This document shows positions 29,657 through 40,161 of a stretch of 64,000 nt of DNA, piece by piece. Under the pieces are notes generated by a model, which saw only the letters and a list, made by a program, of their open reading frames with translations, was not told the DNA's origin and made no database searches. Within the stretch, counting starts at the first letter, position 1. Each line of letters begins with the position of its first letter. Position numbers and translations under genes: made by a program. Origin of the DNA: Candidatus Dadabacteria bacterium (GTDB lineage Bacteria > Desulfobacterota_D > UBA1144 > Nemesobacterales > Nemesobacteraceae); assembly GCA_028823955.1 (NCBI GenBank), contig JAPPFE010000021.1, positions 4,165 through 68,164 of the forward strand, written 5' to 3'.

Positions 29657-30058
29657 ATGTCAGAAGAAGACACAAAGCCGCAAGAGGGAACAGAGTCGGA
29701 AGAGGCAGTAGCAGACAACTTCATGAACTCCATAAACATGGCCTTTAACCTCGGAGTAGCGGCCCATCAGGAGTCCGGCCAGTCAAAAAGCGTCGTGGAG
29801 ATAGCGACCGAGCTCGGAAACCAGATATACCAGAATTTCGCACAGGCATACGGCGGCGAGATAAACGAGTCCTTTCTCAAGGCAAACACCGAATACTTTC
29901 TCCAGATAGCGCTTATGGGATACATAATCCCAGGGGTATGCGCCTTTGATAACGACTTCAAGGAGAAATTCTTCGCTCTTGTCTACGCCAGAGCCAAGCA
30001 GAACCAGCAGAGACAAAGCGGAGGGGAACCCGAGGGCGGAAGCAGGATAATAACCTGA
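29657..30058 (+). CDS. hypothetical protein (acidic N-terminus)
   Basis: 133-aa ORF 22 bp upstream of the nitrilase gene. No motif recognised. Confidence 0.45.
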   Translation: MSEEDTKPQEGTESEEAVADNFMNSINMAFNLGVAAHQESGQSKSVVEIATELGNQIYQNFAQAYGGEINESFLKANTEYFLQIALMGYIIPGVCAFDNDFKEKFFALVYARAKQNQQRQSGGEPEGGSRIIT

Positions 30059-30080
30059 GTACGCCTGCGGCCCGAGGCTC

Positions 30081-31202
30081 ATGAGAAAAGTTCTAGGCGG
30101 CAGGGAAAAAGTAAAAGTTGCGGTTGCCCAGACGGCTCCCGTGTTCATGGACAAGGAACGGACCCTTGAGAAGGCCTGTCGCGTGATAAGGGAAGCGGGA
30201 GATAACGGAGCGGAGCTTATCGCATTCCCCGAGGCATTCATTCCAGGCTACCCGGCCTATTACACAGTCGGCTACGAAACCCCGCCGCATGACTGGACGG
30301 ATTTCATGATCGCGCTTCAGGACAACTCCTTAGTGATTCCCGGAGACGATACCGAGATGCTCGCAGAGGCCGCCAAGGCAGCTGATGCTCACGTGGTAAT
30401 AGGCTGCAACGAGCTTGACGACCGCAAGGGAAGCCGCACCGTTTACAACTCTCTTCTTTTCATATCGCGAGAAGGCAAGGTGCTCGGCAGGCACAGAAAG
30501 CTCATGCCCACCTACACAGAGAGAGTCTACTGGGGCCAGGGGGACGGAAGCGACATAACCACCTACGACACCGACATAGGAAGAATAGGGGGACTTGTTT
30601 GCTGGGAGAATCATATGGTTCTCGTAAGGGCCGCGATGGTTCACAGCGGACAGGACTTCCACGTGGCGGTGTGGCCGGGGAACTGGAGGAGAGGAGACGA
30701 CAAACTGCTTGCCGCCGAAACGGAGGATCCCGGAGCGGGGTGCACGGTGCAGGCGCTCATAAGGGTTCACGCGTTTGAATCGGGGGCGTTCGTCCTAAGC
30801 GCCTGCGGTTATCTTGACGACGATGATTTCCCGGAAAGATGGCACTATGTGCGCGACGGGGACCACATGAATTACGACTGGGCTCGAGGAGGAAGCTCCA
30901 TCGTCAACCCAGCCGGCAGATACCTTTTCGAACCCCACTTCGAAAAAGACGCGATACTCTACGCCGACTGTTACGCAAACCAGATAAAGGCGGTAAAGGC
31001 TGTTTTCGACTCCCTGGGCCACTATTCAAGGTGGGACGTGGCCAAACTTCTCATCGACAGGGAGAAACGGGAACCCATTGCGGAAAAAACCACGGGACTT
31101 CGGATATCTTCCCAGGAAATAAAAAGAATTTCAGATGAGTACGGGGTTTCCGAGGACAAGCTTGAGGCAATCGCAGAAGAGCTTGAAAGACTTTTTAACT
31201 GA
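30081..31202 (+). CDS. nitrilase / cyanide-hydratase family carbon-nitrogen hydrolase
   Basis: 373 aa. Catalytic triad context: E in FPEAFIPGYP, K in RKLMPT, C in GLVCWENHM. Confidence 0.85.
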   Translation: MRKVLGGREKVKVAVAQTAPVFMDKERTLEKACRVIREAGDNGAELIAFPEAFIPGYPAYYTVGYETPPHDWTDFMIALQDNSLVIPGDDTEMLAEAAKAADAHVVIGCNELDDRKGSRTVYNSLLFISREGKVLGRHRKLMPTYTERVYWGQGDGSDITTYDTDIGRIGGLVCWENHMVLVRAAMVHSGQDFHVAVWPGNWRRGDDKLLAAETEDPGAGCTVQALIRVHAFESGAFVLSACGYLDDDDFPERWHYVRDGDHMNYDWARGGSSIVNPAGRYLFEPHFEKDAILYADCYANQIKAVKAVFDSLGHYSRWDVAKLLIDREKREPIAEKTTGLRISSQEIKRISDEYGVSEDKLEAIAEELERLFN

Positions 31203-31295
31203 GAATAAAAATCTCAGCCGTCGCTAAAACGCCCCATTTTGTCTTTAAGTGTAATTCCGAGTCGCGACCGGTTCGTCTTTTGAGAATGTGCGCTT

Positions 31296-32267
31296 CTATG
31301 TCCCGGTCATTGCGTCGGAGAGTTCAAGAACCTGTTTTTCCGCATGGTAAGAGCTTCTGACAAGCGGTCCCGCTTCCACGTGCGGGATACCGATTATTTT
31401 CTCCCCGTAGTCTTTAAGAGATTCGAATTCGACGGGATGATAGAACCTTGATACCGGTATATGATCGATAGTGGGCTGCAGATACTGTCCTATGGTAACT
31501 ATGTCGCAACCGGCGCGCTTGAGATCCTTAAGCGTTTCGACGATTTCTTCGAAACTCTCCCCAAGACCGACCATAATGCCTGATTTGGTAAGCATCCCGG
31601 GCCTTCCCATCCTCGCGGACAGCGAAAGAAGTTCAAGAGATCTGCCGTAGACCGCCTGCGGCCTCACGGACCTCGTTCTTCCCGACTGAGTTTTCTGGGG
31701 AAGCGAGTAGAGTCTCGGAACGGTTTCAATATTATGATTCAAAACGTCGGGAGATGACGCTATCACTTTGTGAATCGCCTCGTGTTCCCCCTTGAAATCC
31801 GGGATCAGAACTTCGATCTTTACCCCCGGGGATGTCTTTTTTACCTCGTTTACGGTCTGCGCGAAGATACAGGCACTTTCGTAGTTCCTGTCATCTCTGT
31901 TTACCGAAGTTATAACTACATGTGTAACCCGCGCGTTGTTTTTCCGAAGCTCCGCGACCGCCGCAGCCACCCTGGCGGGTTCTTCCCAGTCAAGTTCACC
32001 GCCTTTCCCCGTTTTCACATGGCAGAACCCACAGCTTCTCGTGCAGACGTCCCCCAGGATCATGAAAGTGAGCGTTCCGGCCCCCCAGCACTCCCCTATG
32101 TTCGGACATTTCGCTTCCTCGCACACGGTGTGAAGGCCAAATTCGCGCACCAAGCTCCTAAGCTTGGTATAATTCGGACCGCTTGGGATTTTGGCCTTTA
32201 TCCATTCGGGTTTTTTGCGAGTCCCCGTACGAACAGGCATCCGAGTTTCAGTGGTAGCAGATCTCAT
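31296..32267 (-). CDS. lipA: lipoyl synthase
   Basis: 323 aa. Auxiliary cluster CEEAKCPNIGEC. Radical-SAM CTRSCGFC. Confidence 0.95.
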   Translation of the reverse strand: MRSATTETRMPVRTGTRKKPEWIKAKIPSGPNYTKLRSLVREFGLHTVCEEAKCPNIGECWGAGTLTFMILGDVCTRSCGFCHVKTGKGGELDWEEPARVAAAVAELRKNNARVTHVVITSVNRDDRNYESACIFAQTVNEVKKTSPGVKIEVLIPDFKGEHEAIHKVIASSPDVLNHNIETVPRLYSLPQKTQSGRTRSVRPQAVYGRSLELLSLSARMGRPGMLTKSGIMVGLGESFEEIVETLKDLKRAGCDIVTIGQYLQPTIDHIPVSRFYHPVEFESLKDYGEKIIGIPHVEAGPLVRSSYHAEKQVLELSDAMTGT

Positions 32268-32686
32268 TTCGGCGTCTTGAACAGATCATGGGAAGAAGGC
32301 GGTTCCTGATAGCCGGCAGGTTTGTTCTGCAGAAGCTCCACCTCTAGCTTCCCGACTTTTTCCTCGAGATCTTTCACGGTTTCCCTGCTTCGCCTCAACT
32401 CGGACTTTGTGGAATGGCCTCTTGCAAAAGTCAGCAAGAAAAAAACAAACCCGCCCAGAATAAACGAAGCTCCTATTATCCCGGCATTGTAAACCCCCCA
32501 CGTATTCTTAAAAGAGAAAAAACCCAGCTCGACTACAAACACCTGCGTGGCTATCTCAAGGTTCTGAATGAAGAAAACCGCTACAAAACAGCATATGATC
32601 AGGAGAAAAAATCTTTTTACGTGTTTCATCGGTTGTTTGAAAAACGGTTTCGCTAAACCAGCGTGATCCGCCAAGCGGTACTGCAT
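32264..32686 (-). CDS. LapA-like (DUF1049) inner-membrane protein
   Basis: Two TM helices followed by a coiled-coil tail. 4-bp overlap with lipA. Start may be the internal ATG at 32629. Confidence 0.55.
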   Translation of the reverse strand: MQYRLADHAGLAKPFFKQPMKHVKRFFLLIICCFVAVFFIQNLEIATQVFVVELGFFSFKNTWGVYNAGIIGASFILGGFVFFLLTFARGHSTKSELRRSRETVKDLEEKVGKLEVELLQNKPAGYQEPPSSHDLFKTPK

Positions 32687-32783
32687 TTTAGAATATCGGT
32701 TTTTGGAGAAAATACCAGCCGAATCAAGCTGCTGTACACGTACTGCAAGACGAAAATTGATATGGAATAAGGGGGAACTTCGG

Positions 32784-33683
32784 TTAGTAAACCACGTCGG
32801 CTATGTAGTAAAGACCGAACCCGGTTCTCACGGGAGAGACAAAAGTCACGTGCTCAGAAAGAGTTTCGGGGAAAACGAAATCAAGCAACGTTTTTTTCTT
32901 CATGGGATACTCCCTAATCCACGAATCCTCATCTAGGTCCCCTAGCTCCCTCGCCTCGGCAATCGCGGCCTCAAGAGTCCCGATGCGGTCAATCAGGCCG
33001 AGCTCCCTCGCCTGGCTTCCGATGAATATCTTTCCGTCAGAAAGCGAAGTGACTTTCGCCGGGGGCAGGTTCCTTCTTTCGGAAATCATGCCCTTGAACT
33101 GGGAGTGGGCGCCGTCTATGAGAGTCTGCAGGTAAGCCTTTTGCGTCTCGGGCATTTTGCGAAACGGCGAGCCCAGATCCTTAAACTCCCCGCTCTTTAT
33201 CACCTCGACTTCCACCTTCGCCCACTTAAGCAGCTGCTCGTAGCTTGCAAACTGCGCTATCACGCCGATGCTCCCGGTCACGGTGCCGGGATTGGCATAA
33301 ATCGTGGCTGCCGCGCAGGCGATATAGTAACCCCCCGAGGCGGCAACCGTTCCCATGCTGGCCACAACCGGCATGGCTTCGCCCAGGCTTCTGAGTTCTT
33401 CGTATATTTCCTGAGAGGCAGCGACTGATCCTCCCGGGGAATTTACCCTTATAACAACAGCCTTTACGGAATCGGTCTCGCGTATTTTTCTTATGCTTTT
33501 AATATAGGGATCGGGGTTGATTATTATGCCGTCAATGTTCACCACCGCCACCCCGTCCCCGCCGGGGTTCTGGCCATGATCGGAGATCAGCATTCCTATG
33601 AGGATTCCCGCGAAACCGACAAGGAGGATGACCAGAAGCGAGAGAAAGGTCTTAAGAAAGAAATTCAGGTCGGGGACTTTCAC
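32784..33683 (-). CDS. sppA: signal peptide peptidase SppA (36K type)
   Basis: 299 aa. Serine-peptidase S49 motif NSPGGSV. Confidence 0.85.
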   Translation of the reverse strand: MKVPDLNFFLKTFLSLLVILLVGFAGILIGMLISDHGQNPGGDGVAVVNIDGIIINPDPYIKSIRKIRETDSVKAVVIRVNSPGGSVAASQEIYEELRSLGEAMPVVASMGTVAASGGYYIACAAATIYANPGTVTGSIGVIAQFASYEQLLKWAKVEVEVIKSGEFKDLGSPFRKMPETQKAYLQTLIDGAHSQFKGMISERRNLPPAKVTSLSDGKIFIGSQARELGLIDRIGTLEAAIAEARELGDLDEDSWIREYPMKKKTLLDFVFPETLSEHVTFVSPVRTGFGLYYIADVVY

Positions 33684-33694
33684 TTCGCCACCCC

Positions 33695-35404
33695 TCAGTC
33701 AAGGGCCTTGAGCTTTTCGTTCAGGATGTCCCCGAGCTTGGAGGAACTTTCCTGCTGGGAAGACGCGAAGTCTCTCATCGTGTCTTTTTCCTGCTTCTTC
33801 TCAAGCCTTCTGCGGCTGAGATTCACCTGATGCTTGGGCTTGTTAAAACCCGTGACGAGACCGCTTATCTCGTCTCCAACCTTAATGGATTCCTTGCTGA
33901 ACTCATCGTCCTGAAATTCGCGGATGGCGTAAAATCCCGTTACGTCGTCGGCAAGCGCCACGGTGACGCCGCTCTCGAGAATTTCCTCTATCTTGGAGGT
34001 GACCACGGTTTCGTTCACCTTGTAGTCCCGAAGCACCTTGTTCCACGGGTCCGGGGTGAGCTGCTTGACTCCAAGCCCGATTTTTCTCTGTCTCGGGATG
34101 ACATTCAGCACAATAAGCTCTATTTCCTTTCCCAGGTCTTCGCTTGAGAAAACCTCAAGGGGGCTGATTTCCCCCTCCCACTTCAGATTTTCCGGACGCA
34201 CGAGCCCGACCATGTCCGGGGCAACTTCGACAAAAACCCCGAGTTCCGTAACGTTTCTTATGGTTCCGCTAACCCTTGTGTTAGGAGGATTGTTCCGCTT
34301 GAACTCATCCCATGGGTTTTCCTGTATCTGCTTGAGGCTCAGCGAAATTCTTCTTTCCTTCGGCTTTACTCCCAGAACCGCGACTTCTATCTCGCTTCCG
34401 ACTGAAACTACTTCACTTGGATGACGGAAATTCTTAACCCAGGAAAGTTCGCTTACGTGCACAAGCCCCTCTATCCCGGGTTCAAGCTCGACGAACACGC
34501 CGAATTCTGCCGCGAAGACTACCTTGCCCTTGACTCTGTCGCCGATTCGGTATCTTTCCTGTATGCTCTCCCACGGATCCTCGGTGGTCTGTTTCACCCC
34601 GAGAGTTATTTTCCCGTTTTCGATCTCAAGGCGAAGAATCTTGACCTGGATGTCCTCGCCTTCTTTGAGGACATCCCCCGGATGCCTTACCCTCCCCCAA
34701 GAAAGCTCTCCTATCGGGACAAAACCCTCTATGCCCCCTATATCCACGAAAGCCCCGGCGTCAATTATCTTCACCACGTTTCCGGAAACAGTCTGGTCTT
34801 CCGATATAGTGGCAAGCGTCTCCTTCTTCTTCTCCTCCCTCTCTTCTTCGAGAATCGCCCTTCTCGACACCACTATACCGTTGTCGTTGTTCTGAATAAT
34901 GCGGGTTTCGATCGTCTGTCCTACCATCTCGTCAAAATCCGCAACCGGTCGCAGGCCGACTTGGGAACCGGGAAGAAATACCTTGAAGGGGGTATGCCGC
35001 CCTATATCGCAGTTAAAACCACCCTTAACTCTGTTTAGAATCTTAGTGACGACCGGTTCTTTGTTCTTGAACTTCTCCTCGATCGCCCTTTTTTCTCTGA
35101 TCTGGTCTGCTTTTTGTTTGGAAGCCCTGACGGTGTTCGGATTAGGTCTTTCGACCAGAACCTCTATCTCCGAGCCCACCGAGACTTCATATTCGCCGTC
35201 TTTGTTTAGAAATTGGTTTATGGGAACTATGCACTCGAACTTAAACCCGAGGTCTATGAAAACAGCATCAGAATCAACCCTTATGACCCTTCCTTTCGCT
35301 ATTTCCCCGTTCTCGGGCTCGCTCAAGCGCGATTCCATACTTTCATCAAGTAACTCCTCAAAGCTTTTCTCATTAGAATCCGTAACACCATTATCCTGAG
35401 TCAT
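33695..35404 (-). CDS. rpsA: 30S ribosomal protein S1
   Basis: 569 aa with six S1 repeats. Confidence 0.95.
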   Translation of the reverse strand: MTQDNGVTDSNEKSFEELLDESMESRLSEPENGEIAKGRVIRVDSDAVFIDLGFKFECIVPINQFLNKDGEYEVSVGSEIEVLVERPNPNTVRASKQKADQIREKRAIEEKFKNKEPVVTKILNRVKGGFNCDIGRHTPFKVFLPGSQVGLRPVADFDEMVGQTIETRIIQNNDNGIVVSRRAILEEEREEKKKETLATISEDQTVSGNVVKIIDAGAFVDIGGIEGFVPIGELSWGRVRHPGDVLKEGEDIQVKILRLEIENGKITLGVKQTTEDPWESIQERYRIGDRVKGKVVFAAEFGVFVELEPGIEGLVHVSELSWVKNFRHPSEVVSVGSEIEVAVLGVKPKERRISLSLKQIQENPWDEFKRNNPPNTRVSGTIRNVTELGVFVEVAPDMVGLVRPENLKWEGEISPLEVFSSEDLGKEIELIVLNVIPRQRKIGLGVKQLTPDPWNKVLRDYKVNETVVTSKIEEILESGVTVALADDVTGFYAIREFQDDEFSKESIKVGDEISGLVTGFNKPKHQVNLSRRRLEKKQEKDTMRDFASSQQESSSKLGDILNEKLKALD

Positions 35405-35503
35405 TTTGTTTAGCCGCCTTTGCCATCAGTCTTTTACTAATAAAGGCAAGGTTACATGAAAACTGTCTAAAATGAAAAGAGCGCTAGGGAAGAAAAATTG
35501 TTT

Positions 35504-36178
35504 TCAATCGCCGCGGAAAGAGATATCTTTTGTGCGAAGAAATATCGCCGCAATCACATCTTCGGCGCTCATTCGGGTCGTATCTATCACCACGGCGTCC
35601 TGGGCGGGACGAAGTGGGTTCTCCGCGCGAAGCGTGTCACGACGGTCCCTTCTGCGAAGCTCGTCTTCGACATCGGAGAGGGGAATATCTCCCCGTTTAC
35701 TTTGAAGAAATCTCCTTTTCGCTCTCTCGGCGACCGTAGCGTCGAGGTAGAATTTATACCTTGCCCCGGGAAAAACATAGGTTCCCATATCCCTTCCCTC
35801 GGCAACTATGTTTTCCCCTTCCCCGATCTTTCTCTGAATGCCGATGAGAAATTCCCTTACTTCGGCAAGCTCCGCGAGTTCGGAGGAAAGGGAAGAGATC
35901 TTCTCCGTCCTTATAAGTTTCGAGACGTCGCGCCCGTCAAGGAAAACAAGGCCCTCCGGAGAGAATTCCACCATAGTTCCGGAAAGAAGCCGCGAGAGCG
36001 AAGCGGGATCGTTGGGGTCAACTTCCGCCTCGCTTACCTTAAGCGCCACGGCCCTGTACATGGCGCCCGTGTCAAGACACGAAAAACCGAGCAGGTCGGC
36101 AACTCGTCTGGCAACGGTGCTTTTCCCCACTCCCGAAGGTCCGTCTATGGTAACGATATTGTCGCCGTCTCGTTTCAT
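35504..36178 (-). CDS. cmk: cytidylate kinase
   Basis: 224 aa. P-loop IDGPSGVGKST. Confidence 0.95.
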   Translation of the reverse strand: MKRDGDNIVTIDGPSGVGKSTVARRVADLLGFSCLDTGAMYRAVALKVSEAEVDPNDPASLSRLLSGTMVEFSPEGLVFLDGRDVSKLIRTEKISSLSSELAELAEVREFLIGIQRKIGEGENIVAEGRDMGTYVFPGARYKFYLDATVAERAKRRFLQSKRGDIPLSDVEDELRRRDRRDTLRAENPLRPAQDAVVIDTTRMSAEDVIAAIFLRTKDISFRGD

Positions 36179-37464
36179 TTGGAATCTAAAAGAGCCTCGA
36201 AAAGCGGGAAGAATTCAGGAAATGAAATGGAAACGCATCCGGCGTCCCCGATCACCGTCTCCCCCCGGGCCCGCGTGGCAGCGACGGCAAGAGACATGGC
36301 GACCCGGTGGTCTCCGCGGCTCTCGCACCGGGCTCCGCGAAGCTCACCCGTGCCGTTTATAATCATGCCGTCCGGTGTTTCGCTTATGTCCGCGCCAAGT
36401 TTCGAAAGCTCACCCGTCATGGCGCTTATCCGGTCGGTTTCCTTTACCCGAAGCTCCCCCGCGCCGCTTATCACCGTTTCGCCCTCGGCAAAACACGCAG
36501 CCACGGAAATAACGGGAAGTTCGTCTATGGCCCGCGACACCGACTCTCCCTCTATGCGCACGGCGCGAAGCGCACCGTGGCGGGCAATTAGATCCCCTAC
36601 CGGTTCCCCGCAGCACTGGCGGCGGTTCTCAACCGAGATGTCGGCCCCCATTTCCCACAGGATATCAAGCACCCCGGTTCTAAGCGGGTTAAGTCCGACG
36701 TTTTTCACCATGATTTCCGATCCCGGGTTTAGAAGCGCGGCGACGATAAAAAAAGCCGCCGATGAGATGTCCGAGGGGATTTCAAGCTCGGTTCCCGGAA
36801 ACTCCACTCCCTGGCTTACCGAGACACATGTTCCGTTTATCTGCACCGGAACTCCAAAGTAGCGCAGCATCCTTTCGGTGTGGTCCCGAGTTCTTTCGAG
36901 TTCTGTCACGCTCGTCCTTCCCGCAGCATAGAGTCCCGCGAGCAGAATCGTGGATTTTACCTGCGCGCTTGCCACTGGAGATCTGTAATCTATTCCCTGA
37001 AGTTCCGAGCCTGTTATGTGAAGCGGAAGGACTTCCCCCTCCCCCGATATCCTGGCCCCCATGCTGCGAAGCGGGACAGTCACTCTGGACATGGGACGGC
37101 GGCGCAGGGAAGCATCCCCGGTAATGGTCGAGGGGAAGCTCTGGGCACTTAGAACTCCCGTGAGCAGCCTGGCGGTGGTTCCTGAATTTTCAGCGTCTAT
37201 AGTCTTGCGGGGCTCCTTGAGGCCGAAAAGCCCCCTTCCCGCAATTTCCACTCCTCCCGCGCCTACTTCAACCTCGATCCCCATGCTTCTAAAAGCGTTC
37301 GCCGTAGCAAGGGTATCTTGGGAAGCGAGAAACCCGCTTGCCCTGGTCTTTCCCCGCGCAAGCGAGCCTAGAATGATCGCTCTGTGGGAAATGGATTTAT
37401 CGCCGGGAGGGGTTATCTCTCCGGCAAGCGTGCGGGGTTTTTCCTTGAGTATGAAATCGGACAT
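36175..37464 (-). CDS. aroA: 3-phosphoshikimate 1-carboxyvinyltransferase (EPSP synthase)
   Basis: Start at MSDFILKEKPRTLAGEITPPGDKSISHRA (ATG 37464), which aligns with the AroA N-terminus. 4-bp overlap with cmk. Confidence 0.95.
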   Translation of the reverse strand: MSDFILKEKPRTLAGEITPPGDKSISHRAIILGSLARGKTRASGFLASQDTLATANAFRSMGIEVEVGAGGVEIAGRGLFGLKEPRKTIDAENSGTTARLLTGVLSAQSFPSTITGDASLRRRPMSRVTVPLRSMGARISGEGEVLPLHITGSELQGIDYRSPVASAQVKSTILLAGLYAAGRTSVTELERTRDHTERMLRYFGVPVQINGTCVSVSQGVEFPGTELEIPSDISSAAFFIVAALLNPGSEIMVKNVGLNPLRTGVLDILWEMGADISVENRRQCCGEPVGDLIARHGALRAVRIEGESVSRAIDELPVISVAACFAEGETVISGAGELRVKETDRISAMTGELSKLGADISETPDGMIINGTGELRGARCESRGDHRVAMSLAVAATRARGETVIGDAGCVSISFPEFFPLFEALLDSK

Positions 37465-37549
37465 CTTCTGACTGAGAATTATATACCTAACTCGGTAAAA
37501 CAATATATAATATTTACCGTAAGGCGCAGTCTTTTACCGAAAACACGGG

Positions 37550-37924
37550 ATGAAAACGGAAGAGAAAAACATATTCGGCGAAGAGTTAAAAGAATGTAGC
37601 ACGGATCCGATGACCGGATTTTTCAGGGATGGCTGCTGCAGAGCGGCAGTCGAGGATGTGGGGCTTCATCTGGTCTGCGCGGAGATGACGGAGGAATTTC
37701 TCGAATTTTCGAGATCCAAGGGAAACGACCTCATAACCCCCCGCCCCGAGTTCGGTTTTGATGGGCTGAAACCCGGAGACAGGTGGTGTCTTTGCGCGCT
37801 TCGCTGGAAAGAAGCACTTGACGGCGGTGTGGCTCCCCCGGTTTTTCTTCAGTCGACCCATGAATCGGTGCTCAAAATCATAGATCTCTCGGATCTTAAA
37901 AAATACGCCGCCGACATATCCTGA
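37550..37924 (+). CDS. DUF2237 family protein
   Basis: 124 aa. Conserved Cys-rich signature CSTDPMTGFFRDGCC. Confidence 0.7.
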   Translation: MKTEEKNIFGEELKECSTDPMTGFFRDGCCRAAVEDVGLHLVCAEMTEEFLEFSRSKGNDLITPRPEFGFDGLKPGDRWCLCALRWKEALDGGVAPPVFLQSTHESVLKIIDLSDLKKYAADIS

Positions 37925-37964
37925 GCCTTGATTCCCCTGAATTTACATATACCCTCTTCTCACC

Positions 37965-39176
37965 GTGAAATACCTTGTCCTCCAAGGCGACGGCATGCCC
38001 GACCACAAGCTCCCCGAGCTTGAGGGAAGGACTCCGCTTGAAGTCGCCGACACTCCCAACCTTGACGCGATCGCCAAGCGGGCCGAGATTTTCGGAATCG
38101 CAAAAACCATTCCGGATCCTCTCCCTCCGGGAAGCGACGTGGGAAACCTGGCGGTGCTGGGCTACGATCCCACGAAATACTACACGGGAAGATCCCCCCT
38201 TGAAGCCGCGAGCATTGGGATTTCGCTCGGGGAGACGGACGTTACGGTGCGATGCAATCTTGTAACTCTCGCGGAGAGAAACGGCCGGACGGTCATGGAG
38301 GACTACAGCGCCGGGCACATAACGGACGATGATGCGGCCGGGATCATCGAGGATCTAAAAAAAGAGTTCGACGGGGAGGAGTTCTCCCTAAGCCAGGGGG
38401 TAAGCTACAGGCATCTTCTGCTCTGGCGCGGAGGAAACAGCGGTATTCAAACGACTCCACCTCATGACATTTCCGGAAAGGAAATCGCTCCCTGGCTTCC
38501 TTCGGGAGACGGGGCGGAAAAACTCCTGAACCTCATGGAGAGATCCCGGAGGATACTTAAAGACCACCCCGTGAACGCAAAAAGAAGAGCCGAAGGGAAA
38601 AACACCGCAGACTCCATATGGCTCTGGGGCGAGGGGACAAAACCCGACATGCCGTCCCTTCAGGAGCTTTACGGAATCACCGGGTCAGTGGTATCGGCGG
38701 TCGACCTCGTAAAGGGGATAGGAATATTCGCCGCGATGGAAGTGATCGAGGTTCCGGGAGCGACCGGGTACCTCGACACCAACTACGCGGGAAAGGTGAG
38801 CGGCGCTATTGAGTCGCTGCAACGCGTGGACCTCGCAATGATCCACATAGAGGCAACGGACGAAACGGGTCATGTCGGAGACGCGAGCCTTAAAATACAG
38901 GCGATCGAGGATTTTGACCAAAAGGTAGTGGGGCCTGCACTCGCGGGGATGGAGCAGTTCGGCGAATACAGGGTGCTGGTGCTCTCAGACCATCCCACCC
39001 CCATAGACCTCAGGACCCACTCGAACGAACCCGTCCCATTTGCCATACTTGATTCCGCGAACCGCTCGGTAAAGCATGACTCTCTTGTTTATACCGAGGA
39101 CTGCGCCGCGGCAAGCGGAGTCTATGTAAAAGAAGGCTGGAAGCTATTGGGAACGCTTGTCGCCAGACAGGAATAA
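37965..39176 (+). CDS. apgM: cofactor-independent phosphoglycerate mutase, archaeal-type (ApgM family)
   Basis: 403 aa. N-terminus LQGDGMPD. Alkaline-phosphatase-superfamily metal-binding regions. Confidence 0.85.
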   Translation: MKYLVLQGDGMPDHKLPELEGRTPLEVADTPNLDAIAKRAEIFGIAKTIPDPLPPGSDVGNLAVLGYDPTKYYTGRSPLEAASIGISLGETDVTVRCNLVTLAERNGRTVMEDYSAGHITDDDAAGIIEDLKKEFDGEEFSLSQGVSYRHLLLWRGGNSGIQTTPPHDISGKEIAPWLPSGDGAEKLLNLMERSRRILKDHPVNAKRRAEGKNTADSIWLWGEGTKPDMPSLQELYGITGSVVSAVDLVKGIGIFAAMEVIEVPGATGYLDTNYAGKVSGAIESLQRVDLAMIHIEATDETGHVGDASLKIQAIEDFDQKVVGPALAGMEQFGEYRVLVLSDHPTPIDLRTHSNEPVPFAILDSANRSVKHDSLVYTEDCAAASGVYVKEGWKLLGTLVARQE

Positions 39177-39182
39177 AGCGCC

Positions 39183-40091
39183 TCAGAGGTAATACTTGAG
39201 CCCGACCGTGAAGGTCCAGCTGTCTGTGTCACCCACTTCGAAATCGGTCGTAAGCGGCGTAACGCCGTCGGCGCGTATGGGTTCGTGGCCTCTAACCCGC
39301 TTCCAAGACAGGTCGTCGCGGTCAAAATCGCTAAGGCGCGTCCAGCGGGCCTTGGCGCCGACTGAAAGATCGTCGCTGAGCGCGTAGTCGACTCCGCCCA
39401 CAACCTGAAAGCCGAACCTGGTTTTTCCCAGCTCTGTATCTATGTCGCTGACCGTGCCCGCCGCGGCCATCTGCCACGGTTCCGTGCCCAGATCGCTCCT
39501 GCGCAAAAATCTGGCAGAGTAACGCATTTCCGTCGAACCCACACCTATACCACCCCCGATATAAGGCGTAAAGGGCGAGTCGTTGCGCAGGTCGTAGTAG
39601 GCGTTCAGGAAGAAATGATGAGCGCTGAGGTCATACACGCGTTCTGAAGGAAGATCGTTCTCGTCCCATTCGCTCTCCTTCTGATCAAACGTTTCGCCGC
39701 CGCCGGAACCGAGGCGCGCGAGCCTTCTCTGCGAGCCCTGGCGGCGGTTTAGATACTCCGCCTCAAAACGCAGCCCGTTGCCGAATGCGTAACCAAGGGT
39801 CGCGCCCCCCGCGAAGCCAGCGCCGGGGGCAAACACGTTTGCAATGATAGTTGTCTTTTCGGTGGTGCACTCCGCGTCCATCGGTGGAGTCGCACCGGAA
39901 GGGTAAAGGAACGAATCGCATCGGGTTGGATGATCAATCAAGGACTGGGAAACGTCCATGTCTCCCGACTTTGAAAAACCCGCTTCAAGCCCTACATAAA
40001 AACCTTCCGCCGCTCCATCCGTCACCGACAAGGTGGCCGCCACAAAAACCGCCACAAGCCAAAGACACCCGTTGCCCGTAAAATGTCTCAT
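39183..40091 (-). CDS. outer-membrane beta-barrel protein (signal peptide)
   Basis: Start at ATG 40091, preceded by AAGGAG SD. Signal peptide CLWLVAVFVAATLSV. Alternating amphipathic beta strands. Confidence 0.55.
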   Translation of the reverse strand: MRHFTGNGCLWLVAVFVAATLSVTDGAAEGFYVGLEAGFSKSGDMDVSQSLIDHPTRCDSFLYPSGATPPMDAECTTEKTTIIANVFAPGAGFAGGATLGYAFGNGLRFEAEYLNRRQGSQRRLARLGSGGGETFDQKESEWDENDLPSERVYDLSAHHFFLNAYYDLRNDSPFTPYIGGGIGVGSTEMRYSARFLRRSDLGTEPWQMAAAGTVSDIDTELGKTRFGFQVVGGVDYALSDDLSVGAKARWTRLSDFDRDDLSWKRVRGHEPIRADGVTPLTTDFEVGDTDSWTFTVGLKYYL

Positions 40092-40161
40092 ATATTTTCT
40101 CCTTGTATCTCTCAATTCAAGAACCGTTCACGGGCAAAGAATACCCCTGAAGCGAGGGAAA

